DNA of 56,622 nt from Mediterranea sp. (GTDB lineage: Bacteria > Bacteroidota > Bacteroidia > Bacteroidales > Bacteroidaceae). The stretch covers positions 1 through 56,622 of the forward strand of contig JAIRKY010000072.1 in the NCBI GenBank assembly GCA_031259755.1, given 5' to 3'. Positions 54,239-56,622 of the stretch are shown piece after piece. Made by a program: the position numbers and the translations under genes. Below the pieces are notes generated by a model that worked only from the letters and a program-made list of their open reading frames with translations, did no database searches and was not told the DNA's origin. Numbering within the stretch: the stretch's first letter is position 1; the number at the start of each line of letters is the position of its first letter.

Positions 54239-54910
54239 CTATATATTTTCAAAAGAATTCCAAAGATTACCTTTGGGAACCGCAGCGGTCAAATCAATAT
54301 CTTCCTTTGATACCGGATGAGTGAAATGGATTCTCCGTGCATGTAAACAAATGCTTCCATCAGGATTGGAGCGTGGAAAACCATACTTCAAATCCCCCTT
54401 AATGGGGCATCCTATTTTTGCCAACTGACAACGGATCTGATGATGACGTCCGGTCTTCAAATTAACCTCTAATAAATAGTAATTTTCCGAACGACCAATA
54501 ACCCTATAACGCAAAACGGCTTTTTTCGAGTTAGGCGTTTCTCTATCATACGCGTAGCTTTTGTTTTGCTTTTCATTACGTACAAGATAATGCACCCTTT
54601 CACCTTCCGTTTCTTCCGGAACATTCTTTACAACGGCCCAATATGTTTTTTCCACCGCACCTAATTTAAACATTTCATTCAGGCGGGTAAGCGCTTTACT
54701 GGTCCTGGCAAAAACAACAAGGCCACTCACGGGCCTGTCCAAACGATGTGTCACACCAACAAAAACATTTCCGGGCTTCCGATATTTATCTTTCAAATAC
54801 TGCTTTACAGTCTCCGAAAGCGGAACATCGCCCGTCTTGTCTCCCTGAACAATCTCAGCGTTAGCCTTATTGACTACGATTATATGATTATCTTCATATA
54901 CGACGGTCAT
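54239..54910 (-). CDS. RluA-family pseudouridine synthase
   Basis: YED..IVVNK; HRLDRPVSG; TGRHHQIR; GD.KYG; LHA. Confidence 0.95.
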   Translation of the reverse strand: MTVVYEDNHIIVVNKANAEIVQGDKTGDVPLSETVKQYLKDKYRKPGNVFVGVTHRLDRPVSGLVVFARTSKALTRLNEMFKLGAVEKTYWAVVKNVPEETEGERVHYLVRNEKQNKSYAYDRETPNSKKAVLRYRVIGRSENYYLLEVNLKTGRHHQIRCQLAKIGCPIKGDLKYGFPRSNPDGSICLHARRIHFTHPVSKEDIDLTAAVPKGNLWNSFENI

Positions 54911-54912
54911 CT

Positions 54913-55659
54913 TTACATATTCATACCACCGCAGCAGTGAACCACTTGTCCGGTTACGTATGAAGACAAGTCGGATGCAAGGAAAGTCGCTACATTTGCG
55001 ACATCCTCAGGCGTACCGCCACGACGCAACGGAATTGATTTTGCCCACTCGGCTTTTACCTCGTCGGTCAGCTGACCAGTCATTTCAGTGATAATAAAAC
55101 CCGGAGCAATAGCGTTGGCACGCACCCCACGAGAACCAAGTTCTTTGGCAATGGATTTAGCCAAACCAATCATACCAGCTTTTGAAGCGGAGTAGTTACA
55201 TTGACCCGCATTACCCGATACGCCTACCACAGAAGACATATTGATGATACTTCCCGATTTCTGACGCATCATGACCGGAGTACAAGCGTGGATAAAGTTG
55301 AAAGCAGATTTCAGGTTTACATTGATCACCATATCCCATTGTTGCTCACTCATACGCATCATCAGGCCGTCACGAGTGATACCGGCATTGTTCACCAAGA
55401 TATCAATGCTACCAAAATCCTTATGTATTTCGGCTACGACCTTGGCCGTATCTTCAAAATTCGCAGCGTTTGACACATAACTTTTTACCTTTACTCCCAA
55501 AGCCGCAATTTCTTTTTCCGTGTTCTGTCCGTTTTCATCAATAACTAGATCAGTAAACGCGATATTTGCGCCTTCCTGAGCAAACTTCAAGGCGATAGCC
55601 CTACCAATACCACGAGCAGCACCGGTAATCAGGGCTGTCTTTCCATCTAATAATCTCAT
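54913..55659 (-). CDS. fabG: 3-oxoacyl-ACP reductase
   Basis: TGAARGIG; NNAGITRD; YSASK; NAIAPGFI. Confidence 0.95.
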   Translation of the reverse strand: MRLLDGKTALITGAARGIGRAIALKFAQEGANIAFTDLVIDENGQNTEKEIAALGVKVKSYVSNAANFEDTAKVVAEIHKDFGSIDILVNNAGITRDGLMMRMSEQQWDMVINVNLKSAFNFIHACTPVMMRQKSGSIINMSSVVGVSGNAGQCNYSASKAGMIGLAKSIAKELGSRGVRANAIAPGFIITEMTGQLTDEVKAEWAKSIPLRRGGTPEDVANVATFLASDLSSYVTGQVVHCCGGMNM

Positions 55660-55667
55660 AAATTTAC

Positions 55668-56264
55668 TTATTTGTTGATTTTTGTTTTACGAAGTGCGCC
55701 AAACACAATATTGGCCACATATTCTTTTCGGGTTTCCATATCTAGATTCGCTCCAATACGTCCCCGGATATAAGGCAACTCAATACCTTTCAAACAATAG
55801 TGCATGATTTCGGACGTCATAACAACATCGTCCATGTGAAACAATCCGGCTTCCTGTCCTTCTTCGAGAACCTGATGTAACAACTGTATCTCCTTGGCGT
55901 CAAACTTCTTACGCACTTTTTCCACCCGCCAAATGTCACGGAAGAAATTGGCGCGAAGCGTACCGTTACGATACACTACTTCTTTCACCGCGTCCAAACG
56001 GGTATGGATCAATTGAAGGATCTTTTCTTCGGGGGAGATATCACGTTTAAGCACGCGGCTCATCGTTTCGGAAAGCATCTCCAGTTCAGAATCAACCACC
56101 GCCATATAAATATCTTCCTTACTTTTAAAGTAAGTATAAAGAGTTCTCCGCCCTTTCTTGGAGGCAATGGCTATATCATTCATGGTTGTGTTCTCCACCC
56201 CCATCTTAGCGAAAAGTTGACGGGCGACATCTACTAACTTAGCTTTTGTTTTGGATACGGCCAT
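55668..56264 (-). CDS. TetR/AcrR family transcriptional regulator
   Basis: HTH A.QLF...G...TTMNDIA.......TLY.YFKSKE; -7 TACTTTTG at 56294-56301. Confidence 0.93.
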   Translation of the reverse strand: MAVSKTKAKLVDVARQLFAKMGVENTTMNDIAIASKKGRRTLYTYFKSKEDIYMAVVDSELEMLSETMSRVLKRDISPEEKILQLIHTRLDAVKEVVYRNGTLRANFFRDIWRVEKVRKKFDAKEIQLLHQVLEEGQEAGLFHMDDVVMTSEIMHYCLKGIELPYIRGRIGANLDMETRKEYVANIVFGALRKTKINK

Positions 56265-56410
56265 AAAAATTGCACAATTCTGAATAATATGAGCAAAAGT
56301 AATGCTTTTCTATATACAACACAAGAAAAGAAAGATTTTATTAACATTCAGGCCTTTCGGACTTTTCCGATTAGCAACAAATGTCAAATATACATCTTTA
56401 TATTTCGTAT

Positions 56411-56622
56411 TATTGCTGTCCGATAAAATTATTCAGTGATCATAAAAAAGGGCTAATTCCATTTGTTGGAATCAGCCCTTACTGGTTATTTTTGTTTGTT
56501 ACCACACAAAACTAAAATAGCCATGGGTAAAAGTACACATTTTAGCGGACAGCCGCTTTATCGTCAGGTAACAAATCTGCTTGACAAGTCAAACATTCTT
56601 CGGTTAAGTCGTAAAGAAGGCG
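56411..56622 (+). mobile_element. Left end of an IS4-family insertion sequence, truncated by the window edge
   Basis: Candidate terminal repeat TATTGCTGTCCGATAAAA near 56411-56428; hairpin AAGGGCT.ATTCCA...TGGAAT.AGCCCTT; transposase start follows. Confidence 0.7.
56523..56622 (+). CDS. IS4-family transposase N-terminus (DUF4372-type), partial
   Basis: Translated by hand: MGKSTHFSGQPLYRQVTNLLDKSNILRLSRKEG, open to the window end. Matches recalled Bacteroides IS4 transposase starts. Confidence 0.8.
   Translation, partial: MGKSTHFSGQPLYRQVTNLLDKSNILRLSRKEG

Overview
Bacteroidales (Bacteroides-like) chromosomal window with an accessory half (about 1-31.5 kb) and a core half (about 31.5-56.3 kb). 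The accessory half has, in order: a 23-bp tandem array and gene relics; a six-gene secreted glycoside hydrolase operon with no SusC/D inside it (GH63/MGH1-like, GH31, a GH106-GH78 fusion, GH30, GH65, a second GH106); a xusABC-like TonB receptor/DUF4374/PepSY operon; a SusC/SusD pair followed by three exported peptidase or amidohydrolase genes (M28, C39-like, M20D); and about 1.8 kb of pseudogene debris and repeats. The core half has imm17-tsaE-znuB-like-hypothetical-tdh-aroA, the str/S10/spc/alpha ribosomal superoperon, an RluA-family gene, fabG, a TetR regulator and the start of an IS4 element at the right edge. The best candidate for an undescribed system is the SusC/D-peptidase locus. Its SusC, SusD and M28 proteins are almost free of Met and Cys (SusC has 2 in 1041 aa), which suggests sulfur-starvation organosulfur or peptide scavenging. 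Its promoter shares a positionally identical box with the xus-like promoter. The second candidate is the rhamnosidase plus glucosidase operon, which fits degradation of a glucosylated rhamnan. All family calls come from motif recognition by eye; no searches were run.
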